From the NCBI GenBank assembly GCA_964626035.1, contig CAZVEC010000001.1:1-29551 (forward strand): a DNA stretch of 29,551 nucleotides. The letters are read 5' to 3'. The notes beneath the pieces are model-generated. The model was not told the DNA's origin. It ran no database searches and worked only from the letters and a program-made list of their open reading frames with translations. The position numbers and the translations under genes are program-made. Positions 15,879-23,895 of the stretch are shown piece after piece; the stretch's first letter is position 1; each line of letters starts with the position of its first letter. The DNA is from an uncultured Candidatus Saccharibacteria bacterium. Its GTDB lineage: Bacteria; Patescibacteriota; Minisyncoccia; Phycocordibacterales; CAZVEC01.

Positions 15879-16405
15879 TATTTTATGATTATGGTTCCGC
15901 CGTATGATGGCCTTGAATGGTCATGATACCTAAAGGTTCCTGTTTTATTAAAAGTAAATTCATACGATTCAAATCTTTGAATCGGACGGCCTGCATCAAA
16001 GCCGGGCAGATCTGTGTGAATAGGATGAGGATCAGAGGCTACCCAAAAAGTTCGATCACTTTGATTTTCAAATTTCACTTTAGTGCCGATTACTGCTTCA
16101 AATGTTTCTGGGCTAAAACCTGTGCTTGTATAGATTACAGTGTTTTCCGGAAGAGTGAGAATTTTCAATGGATCAGCATTATTATTTGAAGTACTGACAT
16201 TTTCAATAGAAGGCAAAGTGTTTTCTATTTGATCGTTTATTGCATCAGGTTGGTTAGGAATTATTTCAGCTATCTCTATATTTTCTTTTTCTATAGGAGT
16301 ATTTTGGATATCTTTTGCTTGATTATTAAAAAAAGAAAAAAAAGCTAAAATGACAATAGCTATGCCTAAGATAGTGTAAGCAGTTTTTTTCATACTAGTT
16401 TGCAA
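15878..16405 (-). CDS. Membrane-anchored cupredoxin-domain protein lacking the type-1 Cys and Met
   Basis: GFSPETFEAVIGTKVKFEN, YEFTFNKTGTFRYHDH and GTIIIK are cupredoxin strands; the protein has no Cys. Confidence 0.85.
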   Translation of the reverse strand: MQTSMKKTAYTILGIAIVILAFFSFFNNQAKDIQNTPIEKENIEIAEIIPNQPDAINDQIENTLPSIENVSTSNNNADPLKILTLPENTVIYTSTGFSPETFEAVIGTKVKFENQSDRTFWVASDPHPIHTDLPGFDAGRPIQRFESYEFTFNKTGTFRYHDHSRPSYGGTIIIK

Positions 16406-16407
16406 AT

Positions 16408-16779
16408 TTATGATCCGACAACGGTCTTAACTTTTTGAGCGAGTTCATCAAGTGTGAAGTTAGATTTGACCATAAATTCGGTAACGCCTAATTCTTGAGC
16501 TTTTTTGATGTCTTTATCTTCGGAAAGATTAGAGAATACAATAATTGGCACAGATTTTGTTTTTGGGTTTTCTCTTATTGTTTTTAATATCTCAAAACCG
16601 TCCACTTCAGGAAGTAAGAGATCGAGCAGGATTATTGAAGGAGTCTGAGTCTCTAGAATTTTGAAAGCTTCCGTGTGGCTTGAGGCAGTTAAAACATCCA
16701 TGCCATCTGCTTTAAATTTTCTAGAAGCTAGGCCTTGTAGGAAGCTATCGTCTTCGACTATTAAGATTAATTTAGCCAT
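16408..16779 (-). CDS. Single-domain response regulator (REC only)
   Basis: ILIVEDD, LLDLLLPEVDG (phosphoacceptor Asp) and MVKS (conserved Lys). ATG 16779 preferred over TTG 16821. Confidence 0.92.
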   Translation of the reverse strand: MAKLILIVEDDSFLQGLASRKFKADGMDVLTASSHTEAFKILETQTPSIILLDLLLPEVDGFEILKTIRENPKTKSVPIIVFSNLSEDKDIKKAQELGVTEFMVKSNFTLDELAQKVKTVVGS

Positions 16780-16860
16780 TTTTTTTGGTTGCCAGATACT
16801 AGATCTAGTTTCTAGCGACAAGTTATATTTAATAAGTTAATTTTACTACCCCCTAAGTTA

Positions 16861-17610
16861 TTAAGCAAGAGGAATAGTGAAATTGAACACAGTGCCTTCG
16901 TTTATCTTGCTTTCAAAGCCAATTTTGCCGCCATGCCGTTCTATTATTTTCTTACAGGCAAAAAGGCCTAAACCGGTACCCCGGGGAGAGTTTTTAATGG
17001 CATTTGGAGCTCTATAGTATTTTTTAAAAATATTCTTCTGATTTATAGGATTAATTCCAATGCCGGTATCTTTGATTGAAACTTCCATAATTTTGCCTTT
17101 TGGGTTGATAGACGCAATGATTTTACCTTTCTCTTTATTGTATTTAATGGCATTTTCAAATAAATTTTGAAGTACTATTCGCAATTTTTCTTTATCTGCT
17201 TTAACGGTATTAATTTTTGCATTCTGATTATCAAGTGATATCGAAATTTTCTTAGCTTTGGCTGTTGGCATAAACTCAGCCATTACTTCACGAATCAGAC
17301 CGACTAGATCTACTTTTTCAAATTTAAATTCTTTATCTATACCGTCTGATTTGTTTGAAGCGAGGATTTCCCTAGCCAATTCAAGTGTTCTCTCGTTACT
17401 CTCGTAAACTTTTCCAAGTATTTCTTTTTGATCTTTTGAAATACCGCCAATTTCTCCGTCAATAATCATTTTAATTGCCCACTTGGTGGTGGTAAGACCT
17501 GTGCGGATCTGGTGCACGTTCAAAGATACTGATTCTGCTCTTTTAGTATTCAGTTCAATCAATTTTGAGTTTTCCAAAATAAGATCGTTTGAGTTTTTTG
17601 TTTTTTTCAT
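16861..17610 (-). CDS. Cytoplasmic histidine kinase (HisKA + HATPase_c, no sensor domain)
   Basis: H-box VHQIRTGL, N-box LQNLFENAIKY, G1 IKDTGIGI, G2 GTGLGL; no TM segment. Confidence 0.93.
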   Translation of the reverse strand: MKKTKNSNDLILENSKLIELNTKRAESVSLNVHQIRTGLTTTKWAIKMIIDGEIGGISKDQKEILGKVYESNERTLELAREILASNKSDGIDKEFKFEKVDLVGLIREVMAEFMPTAKAKKISISLDNQNAKINTVKADKEKLRIVLQNLFENAIKYNKEKGKIIASINPKGKIMEVSIKDTGIGINPINQKNIFKKYYRAPNAIKNSPRGTGLGLFACKKIIERHGGKIGFESKINEGTVFNFTIPLA

Positions 17611-17710
17611 ATTACTGATAGTTTAATTATTCGCATGAGTGCTTTTGTAGTGCGCTACCCAAACCATTATATCAGAAGTATAAAAAGAAAAATATAAATT
17701 TAATTAACAT

Positions 17711-17801
17711 TGGCGGAGGGGGTGGGATTTGAACCCACAGGCGGCTTTTAAGACCGCCACGGATTAGCAATCCGTTCGTTTAACCATTCACGCACCCCTC
17801 C
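17711..17801 (-). tRNA. tRNA-Ser, anticodon GCU; CCA encoded
   Basis: GGAGGGG/CCCCTCC acceptor, ACGGA-TT GCT AA-TCCGT anticodon arm, long variable arm, GTGGG-TTCAAAT-CCCAC T-arm, G73-CCA. Confidence 0.95.
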
Positions 17802-17820
17802 TTCTGGTTTTTATCTTACG

Positions 17821-18831
17821 CTAAATTTTATATCTTTTCAAATGCTTATTGTTATGTGTACCTACAATCCGCATATATTTTTTAACATCCTGAATTCTAT
17901 CTAACCGGACGTCGAATACGGTTGTGAATCGAGGGTGAAGTCCAATATTTTTTAATATCGTATAAACTGATTTAAGCAACGGTTTCGATTTATTTGTGAA
18001 TGCTATTTTTTTGTACTTATATATCTTACCTCTGACTATATATCGATGAGTAAAAACGCAGCCATCTGTATCTATGAGACCTCGTACGCAGGCTATTGAA
18101 TATTTATTATTATCAAGAATCCATCTAGGAATATCAACTTGGTGATGCACTTTATTTCCGGCCATCAGTCCAAGTGAAGACATATAATCTATAAGCCCCT
18201 TTCGTGAGATAGTGACATCTCTTATCATCAGCTTTCTTTTGTTCCTATATTGATATATTGCAGGAGTAACTTTGAAGAGACGGTTAAGTAAATTTTTCAC
18301 ATACAAAATATATTCGGCATCCGTTACTCGATTTAGAGTAATTCTAATTTGGTTTTTTGTTATACTGCCGTCTCCAAGTAAAATTCCGCATATCTCAGCA
18401 AGTTCTGTCGACTTTTCTGGATAGTAAACGTATTTTTCTTTTCCGAATAAAGTATTAAGTCCAAGGTGTCCTTCCTTGACCCACCACTTGCTCCATTGTT
18501 GTTTACGAAAGAGTTCATCGCCACAAACTTTTCCGTATTTTTTAAGCTTGCTTGTGCCTCCGATTTTACCTGCCTTACTTGTGTGCTCAGACCATACAAT
18601 TATTTTTCGCGGTGATGGCAAGGGTATTCTAGTTAGTTTTGATAATTGATCCCCTACGGTACATGTAATTCTAAATTTATTTCTTCGCCAGTCTCTAATT
18701 GTACGTTCTGATACTTTTAGTTTTTTTGCGATAATAGCAATAGTCCATCCTCTATATTTCAATATTTGCTCAATAAACTTTTTTTGCGCGCCACGAACAA
18801 ATTGATATCTAGATGTATATGATTCAGACAT
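17821..18831 (-). CDS. Free-standing two-motif LAGLIDADG (DOD-type) endonuclease-like protein with an N-terminal HTH
   Basis: HTH TIAIIAKKLKVSERTIRDWRR; motif 1 ELAEICGILLGDG; motif 2 CVRGLIDTDG; both acidic catalytic positions retained; no intein splicing residues evident. Confidence 0.9.
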   Translation of the reverse strand: MSESYTSRYQFVRGAQKKFIEQILKYRGWTIAIIAKKLKVSERTIRDWRRNKFRITCTVGDQLSKLTRIPLPSPRKIIVWSEHTSKAGKIGGTSKLKKYGKVCGDELFRKQQWSKWWVKEGHLGLNTLFGKEKYVYYPEKSTELAEICGILLGDGSITKNQIRITLNRVTDAEYILYVKNLLNRLFKVTPAIYQYRNKRKLMIRDVTISRKGLIDYMSSLGLMAGNKVHHQVDIPRWILDNNKYSIACVRGLIDTDGCVFTHRYIVRGKIYKYKKIAFTNKSKPLLKSVYTILKNIGLHPRFTTVFDVRLDRIQDVKKYMRIVGTHNNKHLKRYKI

Positions 18832-18867
18832 GTCTCCATAATATCAAAACATAGCATTAATTTAAAG

Positions 18868-18896
18868 TGGACAATCTTGTATAGAAAAGCTATAGT
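18868..18896 (+). promoter_or_regulatory. Sigma70 promoter of tRNA-Ser(ACU)
   Basis: TGGACA-17-TATAGT ending 14 nt before the tRNA. Confidence 0.6.
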
Positions 18897-18910
18897 TACG
18901 ATTAAATTTA

Positions 18911-18997
18911 GGAGGAATGGGTGAGTGGTTTAAACCAACGGTTTACTAAACCGTCGTCCTTTAATCGGGACCGTGAGTTCGAATCTCACTTCCTCCG
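18911..18997 (+). tRNA. tRNA-Ser, anticodon ACU; CCA not encoded
   Basis: GGAGGAA/TTCCTCC acceptor, GGT/ACC D-stem, ACGGT-TT ACT AA-ACCGT anticodon arm, long variable arm GTCC/GGAC, GTGAG-TTCGAAT-CTCAC T-arm, discriminator G73. Confidence 0.9.
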
Positions 18998-19131
18998 CAG
19001 TTTGAAACGCAGTGAAAACTGCGGAGGAAAGCAAGTTAATTACTTCACTTGCGAGTGAGATTCGAACGCTAGAGCATAAACAAGGAACGAAGTGATTATG
19101 TTTTGTCTCCACTACCTCGTGCTAGCACGAG
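18977..19131. repeat. Antisense mirror of the tRNA 3' end plus nested hairpins
   Basis: 18990..19003 pairs with 19016..19029 (14 bp); 18977..18990 pairs with 19054..19067 (14 bp); GCAAGT/ACTTGC hairpin between them; CTCGTGCTAGCACGAG palindrome near 19116..19131. Confidence 0.85.
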
Positions 19132-19140
19132 AAACTTTTC

Positions 19141-19584
19141 ATGATTATCGAACATCTTACATCAAAATACATACCATATGTTACAACTGTCATTATGGAT
19201 CGATGGGAAGTTTCAGAAGAAAAAGCAATGAAGGAAATAATCCGTTGGATGTCGAAAAATGATGATTCAGTTTGTTTTGTAGGTATTGTTAATAATATTC
19301 CTATTGCGATAGGGGTATTTGATGTGCAAAGCAACGCCGATAAATCTCTTGGTCCTTGGAATAGGCAATTATATATAGAACCTGCATACAGAGGAGAGAA
19401 TTATGGACTTGAGCTTACACAACAAAGGTTTATTTGGGCGAAAGAAAAAGGATACAAAGAAGTATATTTGTCCACCGAAACAGTGAAGAGATATCACATG
19501 AAACATGGTTGGCAGATTGTCCGTGAAGAAATTAAACCAGACAAGATTATAACCATCATGAGATATGATCTGAAAAATATTTAA
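19141..19584 (+). CDS. GNAT-family N-acetyltransferase
   Basis: QLYIEPAYRGENYG acetyl-CoA motif A; KEKGYKEVYLST...YHMKHGWQ. Confidence 0.85.
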   Translation: MIIEHLTSKYIPYVTTVIMDRWEVSEEKAMKEIIRWMSKNDDSVCFVGIVNNIPIAIGVFDVQSNADKSLGPWNRQLYIEPAYRGENYGLELTQQRFIWAKEKGYKEVYLSTETVKRYHMKHGWQIVREEIKPDKIITIMRYDLKNI

Positions 19585-19634
19585 AATCCGGCTCCGGTCG
19601 AGCGTTTATTAAAAAACATTTTAGTTAAAAAATA

Positions 19635-19664
19635 AAAAAGCCCCTACATTTCTGTAAGGGGCTT
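19635..19664. terminator. Intrinsic terminator between convergent genes
   Basis: AAAAAGCCCCTACA-TTTC-TGTAAGGGGCTT. Confidence 0.7.
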
Positions 19665-19692
19665 ACTATTCACTATTTTTATTATTCTTTCC

Positions 19693-20310
19693 TTAATTGT
19701 AAGGGTACAAGAAAAAATTAAATCGGTTCCAACCGCAATTACCATAATCACATAAATAAATATTCCAATTTCTTTTTTCGTATTGCCATTCTACATTTAA
19801 GTATGCGCGTTCTCCTTCTTCGGTTATAACATAGAAAAAGTTGTCTTTTCCTATATCCAATCCGCCTATTTCCGGTCCGAGATTAAAAGTACCCCCATTT
19901 GGTTGAAACAAAAGCAGGAGATGTAATAATGAAAGGGCTTCCAGTATCGGTGTCGGCTTAAGCGAGTCAAAGCTGTTCTGTAGATCAGAGGTATAGACAC
20001 CGTGGGTTGTGAAATACATGGCTATTTGCTTTTTTGTGTCGTCCAATAATACCTCCCCAGCTATTGGTTCCAGAATTCTCCTGAGGGATGTGTCGCAGTC
20101 AATTTTTACACCATATTTATTACGCTTCTTGTAAAAATCGCCTACTGTCATCCGTGTATATTTGTATTCACTCTCATTATATACAGGACTACTTCCGAGA
20201 AGGATGAGTTGAGGGGCGTTAAAGAAACTTCGGATAACTTTTGGTTGTGGCGGCTGTGCTTTGATTATCGTGCTCAGCGCAATGAATAACATAATGACTA
20301 TTTTTTTCAT
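19693..20310 (-). CDS. Secreted hypothetical protein
   Basis: Signal peptide MKKIVIMLFIALSTIIKA|Q. The C-terminal LLxQPNG...NFFYV...W...W pattern resembles an unannotated family I recall from CPR proteomes (unverified). TTGACA-17-TATGAT promoter upstream. Confidence 0.75.
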   Translation of the reverse strand: MKKIVIMLFIALSTIIKAQPPQPKVIRSFFNAPQLILLGSSPVYNESEYKYTRMTVGDFYKKRNKYGVKIDCDTSLRRILEPIAGEVLLDDTKKQIAMYFTTHGVYTSDLQNSFDSLKPTPILEALSLLHLLLLFQPNGGTFNLGPEIGGLDIGKDNFFYVITEEGERAYLNVEWQYEKRNWNIYLCDYGNCGWNRFNFFLYPYN

Positions 20311-20401
20311 AGAACAAGGGGTTTAAAACTGGTTTGAACGATAAGTTTTATCTAATCACATCATAGCAGATATTAAGCTATCTGTCAATAGCTATTGGTA
20401 A

Positions 20402-20446
20402 TAATTAAGCAAGTACCGTTCTTGCTTAATTACCTTGACAAGTCAA
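20402..20446. promoter_or_regulatory. 12-bp inverted repeat abutting a third TTGAC-AA-GTCAA palindrome (20435..20446)
   Basis: TAATTAAGCAAG-7nt-CTTGCTTAATTA, then CC, then TTGACAAGTCAA; plus strand TTGACA-17-TAAGGT. Confidence 0.6.
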
Positions 20447-20511
20447 TGATTATGCTGTAAGGTAGGGTAGAAAATAATAAGTTCACAAATTCCTTAAAAA
20501 ACTCAAGTAAT

Positions 20512-20808
20512 ATGAAAACTACGTTATTATCAAAATTAGCAATACTTTTTAGTATAGCTTTTCTTTTTTCTCTTATGAGCTGCGATAGAGAAACCGTTTC
20601 TGAGCAGACTAAAACGGAAGTAGAAAATTGGCAGTCCTTCTATTTGGAAGTTTTTAACCTAACAACAAATTTTCAATTGAAACTGAACAGTGAGGATACT
20701 ACTTTTTCGCAGATGATTATCGTACCTAAAGGGTTGACCTTGAATCAAATAGCGTCAGTTTTTACGAAACATTTAAAGCCTGCGGCAAGACTAAGTCTTA
20801 GGTCTTGA
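20512..20808 (+). CDS. Putative lipoprotein
   Basis: Lipoprotein signal ...AFLFSLMS|CDRE. Confidence 0.65.
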   Translation: MKTTLLSKLAILFSIAFLFSLMSCDRETVSEQTKTEVENWQSFYLEVFNLTTNFQLKLNSEDTTFSQMIIVPKGLTLNQIASVFTKHLKPAARLSLRS

Positions 20809-21113
20809 ATTCTGGTGACGTAGAAAGCATTATTTTTGGATTGAAAAAGAAGAGAAATATTATAACAAAAACACTTATACCTTTTGGTACATTTTCAAGT
20901 ATTTCTAAAAATAAGTTAACTGGTCAAAATATAGTAATTAAAGAAATGCCGGATAGTATTTCGTTTGAGGGCTCATTTTGGATTATCAAAGATATAATTG
21001 TACACTTTTCCGGGAGTCAACCATTTTTAGTAGCTATTAAACATAAAGCGATAGTTGATGGAATGAAGAGTATTTATAATTTTTTGTGGGAGATTTCAAA
21101 TTCTAAAAGATAA
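20805..21113 (+). CDS. Hypothetical protein, or the frameshifted C-terminal half of 20512..20808
   Basis: TTG start overlaps the upstream TGA (TTGA); no independent signals. Confidence 0.45.
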   Translation: MNSGDVESIIFGLKKKRNIITKTLIPFGTFSSISKNKLTGQNIVIKEMPDSISFEGSFWIIKDIIVHFSGSQPFLVAIKHKAIVDGMKSIYNFLWEISNSKR

Positions 21114-21254
21114 TAAATATACACTGTATTTGTCTATCACATGAAATGAGTTTAAAAAACAACGCAAAGTGGATTGCGAGGGTGATATTCACTACGTCAA
21201 ACTTCACTTTCTTTCTGTATTGACTTTATTAAAATATAGTGTTATTATCTAAAA

Positions 21255-21824
21255 ATGATACCAATAATACCACCTGCAATACCACATGAAATACCTCGTT
21301 TTGACGTCCCCTTATTTTATCAAATAGGGGATATTTCATCTGTTGAATGGCAGAAAAAAGGCTGCGGAGTGGCAGATGTCGCAATGATAGTGGAATTTTA
21401 TAAGCCTAACACTACTACAGTACAGGAAGTGCTTGAAGAGGCTATTGTGGCAGGAGCATATGTTAAAAACGTCGGTTGGAGCCATGTCGGTCTTGCTGCT
21501 TTGGCCAAAAAACACGACTTAGTGGGAAGAACTTTTGATTTATCTAAATCAAACAAAGAAGCCGCTTTCAATCAATTTAAAAATATTGTAACGGAAGGTC
21601 CTGCTATAGCGTCAATCCATCGAGGCTTTGATCCAAAAAGTCCTTATGGTCACCTTATTGTTATAACTGGATTCGACAAAGATTTCATTTACTATAATGA
21701 TCCGGGTAAACGCGAAGGTATAAGAAAAGTCTCAGTGGCCGATTTTAACAATGGTGGCTGGAAAAAAAGACTTATTGTTTTAAGACCGCCTGAACCGAAA
21801 ATAGAAATCGCTCAAGCGCGCTAA
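21255..21824 (+). CDS. C39-family (papain-like) cysteine peptidase
   Basis: QKKGCGVADVAMIV (Gln, Cys), GHLIVITGFD (His) and IYYNDP (Asp). TTGACT-17-TATTAT promoter lies 6 nt before the ATG. Confidence 0.88.
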   Translation: MIPIIPPAIPHEIPRFDVPLFYQIGDISSVEWQKKGCGVADVAMIVEFYKPNTTTVQEVLEEAIVAGAYVKNVGWSHVGLAALAKKHDLVGRTFDLSKSNKEAAFNQFKNIVTEGPAIASIHRGFDPKSPYGHLIVITGFDKDFIYYNDPGKREGIRKVSVADFNNGGWKKRLIVLRPPEPKIEIAQAR

Positions 21825-21831
21825 TAATTTA

Positions 21832-23796
21832 CTATTGAGAATTTTGCAAAGGATTTGGCAAAATTGCTCCGACAAGACATTTTTTTTGCCAAGGCTGGTA
21901 GATGCTTCGAAAATTTATACTATTAATTGTTCCGTCAGAGTAGCTAACAGTATATAAGACATCAGTCGTTATTCCATCATGCGGCGCCTCAAAACATTTT
22001 GTTTCTCCGACCGGAATTTCTTCGCTTTGAATATACATTGTTTCCGGCGCTGGAATTTTATTATACAAAGTTGCTTCTGAAATCTCCACAGAGCGGCCGT
22101 CTTTCTGGCCGTATAATTCCATTATCACCTGTTTGTTTTCCACTCTTGTCTGCAAGAGAAGGTAGTTGCCCGTGTCATTTACAAAGCGAAGATCCGGATG
22201 GGGTCCGTATATGGTGGCATCAAGTCCGGGCGGATCATAGTATTGGACAGTGAAACGATGATTTTGTCTTTCAGTAATATTTAAACCGGCATTTAGAGCT
22301 AGGCGGAAGAGGGTAGTGGCGATTTGACACAGGCCTCCGCCGAGTTCTTTGATGGTTCTATTTTCTTTGATCACTAATTCTTTCACATAGCCTTCCTTTT
22401 CTGTAACACGGCCAATGGAGGATACTGTGGAAAATTCTGCACCCGGGGCTATTAGTATGCCATTGATGGCGGCAGCTCCTATTTTTATATTATGTTCTCG
22501 ATCTGCGCTGCTTCCTTCAAAACTTGTGCGTGCCTCTCTGACTAAATCATTAATTTTATATTTATCTACGGTCTCTTTAGTGACTTTTGGTTCAACTTTA
22601 ATAATTTCAAGCGGCAGATATATCGTGCCGTTTTTAGGATTGAAATTTGCTTCAGAATTTACAGCGTTCAATGCAGCAGCAGACAAAAAATTCCCGTTTC
22701 TAGCAAATGTCTTTTCAATTTCGGGGATTATTTTTTCAATTTTTTGCACAGTTTTATCTATATCTACCGCATTGCCTGATTTGCCCGGAACAATTTCAAT
22801 CAGTTTTCCGTCCTGCATTTTAAATCGGCTGTTTTGCGGAGGATTGTTAATAAACCTAGCGATTGTATTTGTGAGATATTCCTCTAATATTGCGCCATCA
22901 ATGCCGATTCCGCCTTCTTTTTTTATGGTGAGCCATGATATTAGCTTAGGTCCCTTTATTGTCCATTTGCGTCCTTGATATTGAAATACTAAATTTATTT
23001 TTTTGGCCAAATTTTCGGCAAAATATAAGAATGGTTCAAGATCTGTTTCCGCGACTTTTGGCATATCTGCGCGTGCTTTGAAAGTTATGGGAGTTGAATC
23101 AAATTGGTTAAGTTTATTTTTTATAATATTTATAACTTCTTCTTTGTCTATATTTTCTCCCGCCTTTTCTTTTAATATGGATATTTTATTTTTATCTGAT
23201 GAAAATCTGGCGGGAATACTTAATTTGAAAAAATTATAAAGTTCGTTCTCGAGCAAAGAGTTTACAGCTTCTTTTTGGATATTGGCGGAAAAGTTGAAAT
23301 TTTTTTGCGCGAATATGAGTGCAAACTTTTCCTTTAAACTTCGAAAGAAATTAGCTTGATGGCCCCAACTATAAGCATTACGTAAATCGTTTTCCCAATT
23401 ACCGAGTGAAAAGTATTCCACTGAATTATCTGAAGTGAGTCCGGTGGCGAACATTGGTATGTTTACTTTTCGTATCCCCTTAGAGCTCTCAAAATTTATA
23501 TCCAACCCATTTTTTTGTAGTTCTTCGGCTTTCTCTCTAAAGTAGTTTAGAACTTCTGTGTAAGTTTTTCCGCCGACAGATTCATTATTTACAAAAATGC
23601 CGGGATAAAATCGGTCGCTATATTTAATTTCAAAAAAACCAAGTATTGATATTCCAAAAAGAGCCAGCAACAAAAAAATGAGCAAACCGATAGCCTTGAA
23701 CTTGAAAGTAGCAAAAGGCGGAACAGGCTTATTTGGCTTCTCTTTGTGCCCGCTATATTTATCAAACTGATTATGTGGATGATGTTTTTTGGACAT
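21832..23796 (-). CDS. VanW-family protein with N-terminal TM and putative peptidoglycan-binding (PG_binding_4/YoaR-like) region
   Basis: GGGLCQIATTLFRLALNAGL, ERQNH, GLDATIYGPHPDLRFVNDT. ATG 23796 (MSKKHH) is preferred because TATAAT lies 6 nt upstream. Confidence 0.92.
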   Translation of the reverse strand: MSKKHHPHNQFDKYSGHKEKPNKPVPPFATFKFKAIGLLIFLLLALFGISILGFFEIKYSDRFYPGIFVNNESVGGKTYTEVLNYFREKAEELQKNGLDINFESSKGIRKVNIPMFATGLTSDNSVEYFSLGNWENDLRNAYSWGHQANFFRSLKEKFALIFAQKNFNFSANIQKEAVNSLLENELYNFFKLSIPARFSSDKNKISILKEKAGENIDKEEVINIIKNKLNQFDSTPITFKARADMPKVAETDLEPFLYFAENLAKKINLVFQYQGRKWTIKGPKLISWLTIKKEGGIGIDGAILEEYLTNTIARFINNPPQNSRFKMQDGKLIEIVPGKSGNAVDIDKTVQKIEKIIPEIEKTFARNGNFLSAAALNAVNSEANFNPKNGTIYLPLEIIKVEPKVTKETVDKYKINDLVREARTSFEGSSADREHNIKIGAAAINGILIAPGAEFSTVSSIGRVTEKEGYVKELVIKENRTIKELGGGLCQIATTLFRLALNAGLNITERQNHRFTVQYYDPPGLDATIYGPHPDLRFVNDTGNYLLLQTRVENKQVIMELYGQKDGRSVEISEATLYNKIPAPETMYIQSEEIPVGETKCFEAPHDGITTDVLYTVSYSDGTINSINFRSIYQPWQKKCLVGAILPNPLQNSQ

Positions 23797-23895
23797 ATTT
23801 GTATTATACGATTTTATAAATAAAATCGCCATGATATTATAAAAGAAATTTAATACAATAAAATTTAAGAAAAAGCTAACAAACTTCGCCAGTCT

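Noticed and set aside
17821-18831. LAGLIDADG as an intein or as a tRNA/rRNA intron ORF
   Set aside because: No N-terminal Cys/Ser with C-terminal His-Asn, no host exteins, both flanking tRNAs are complete, and no rRNA is present
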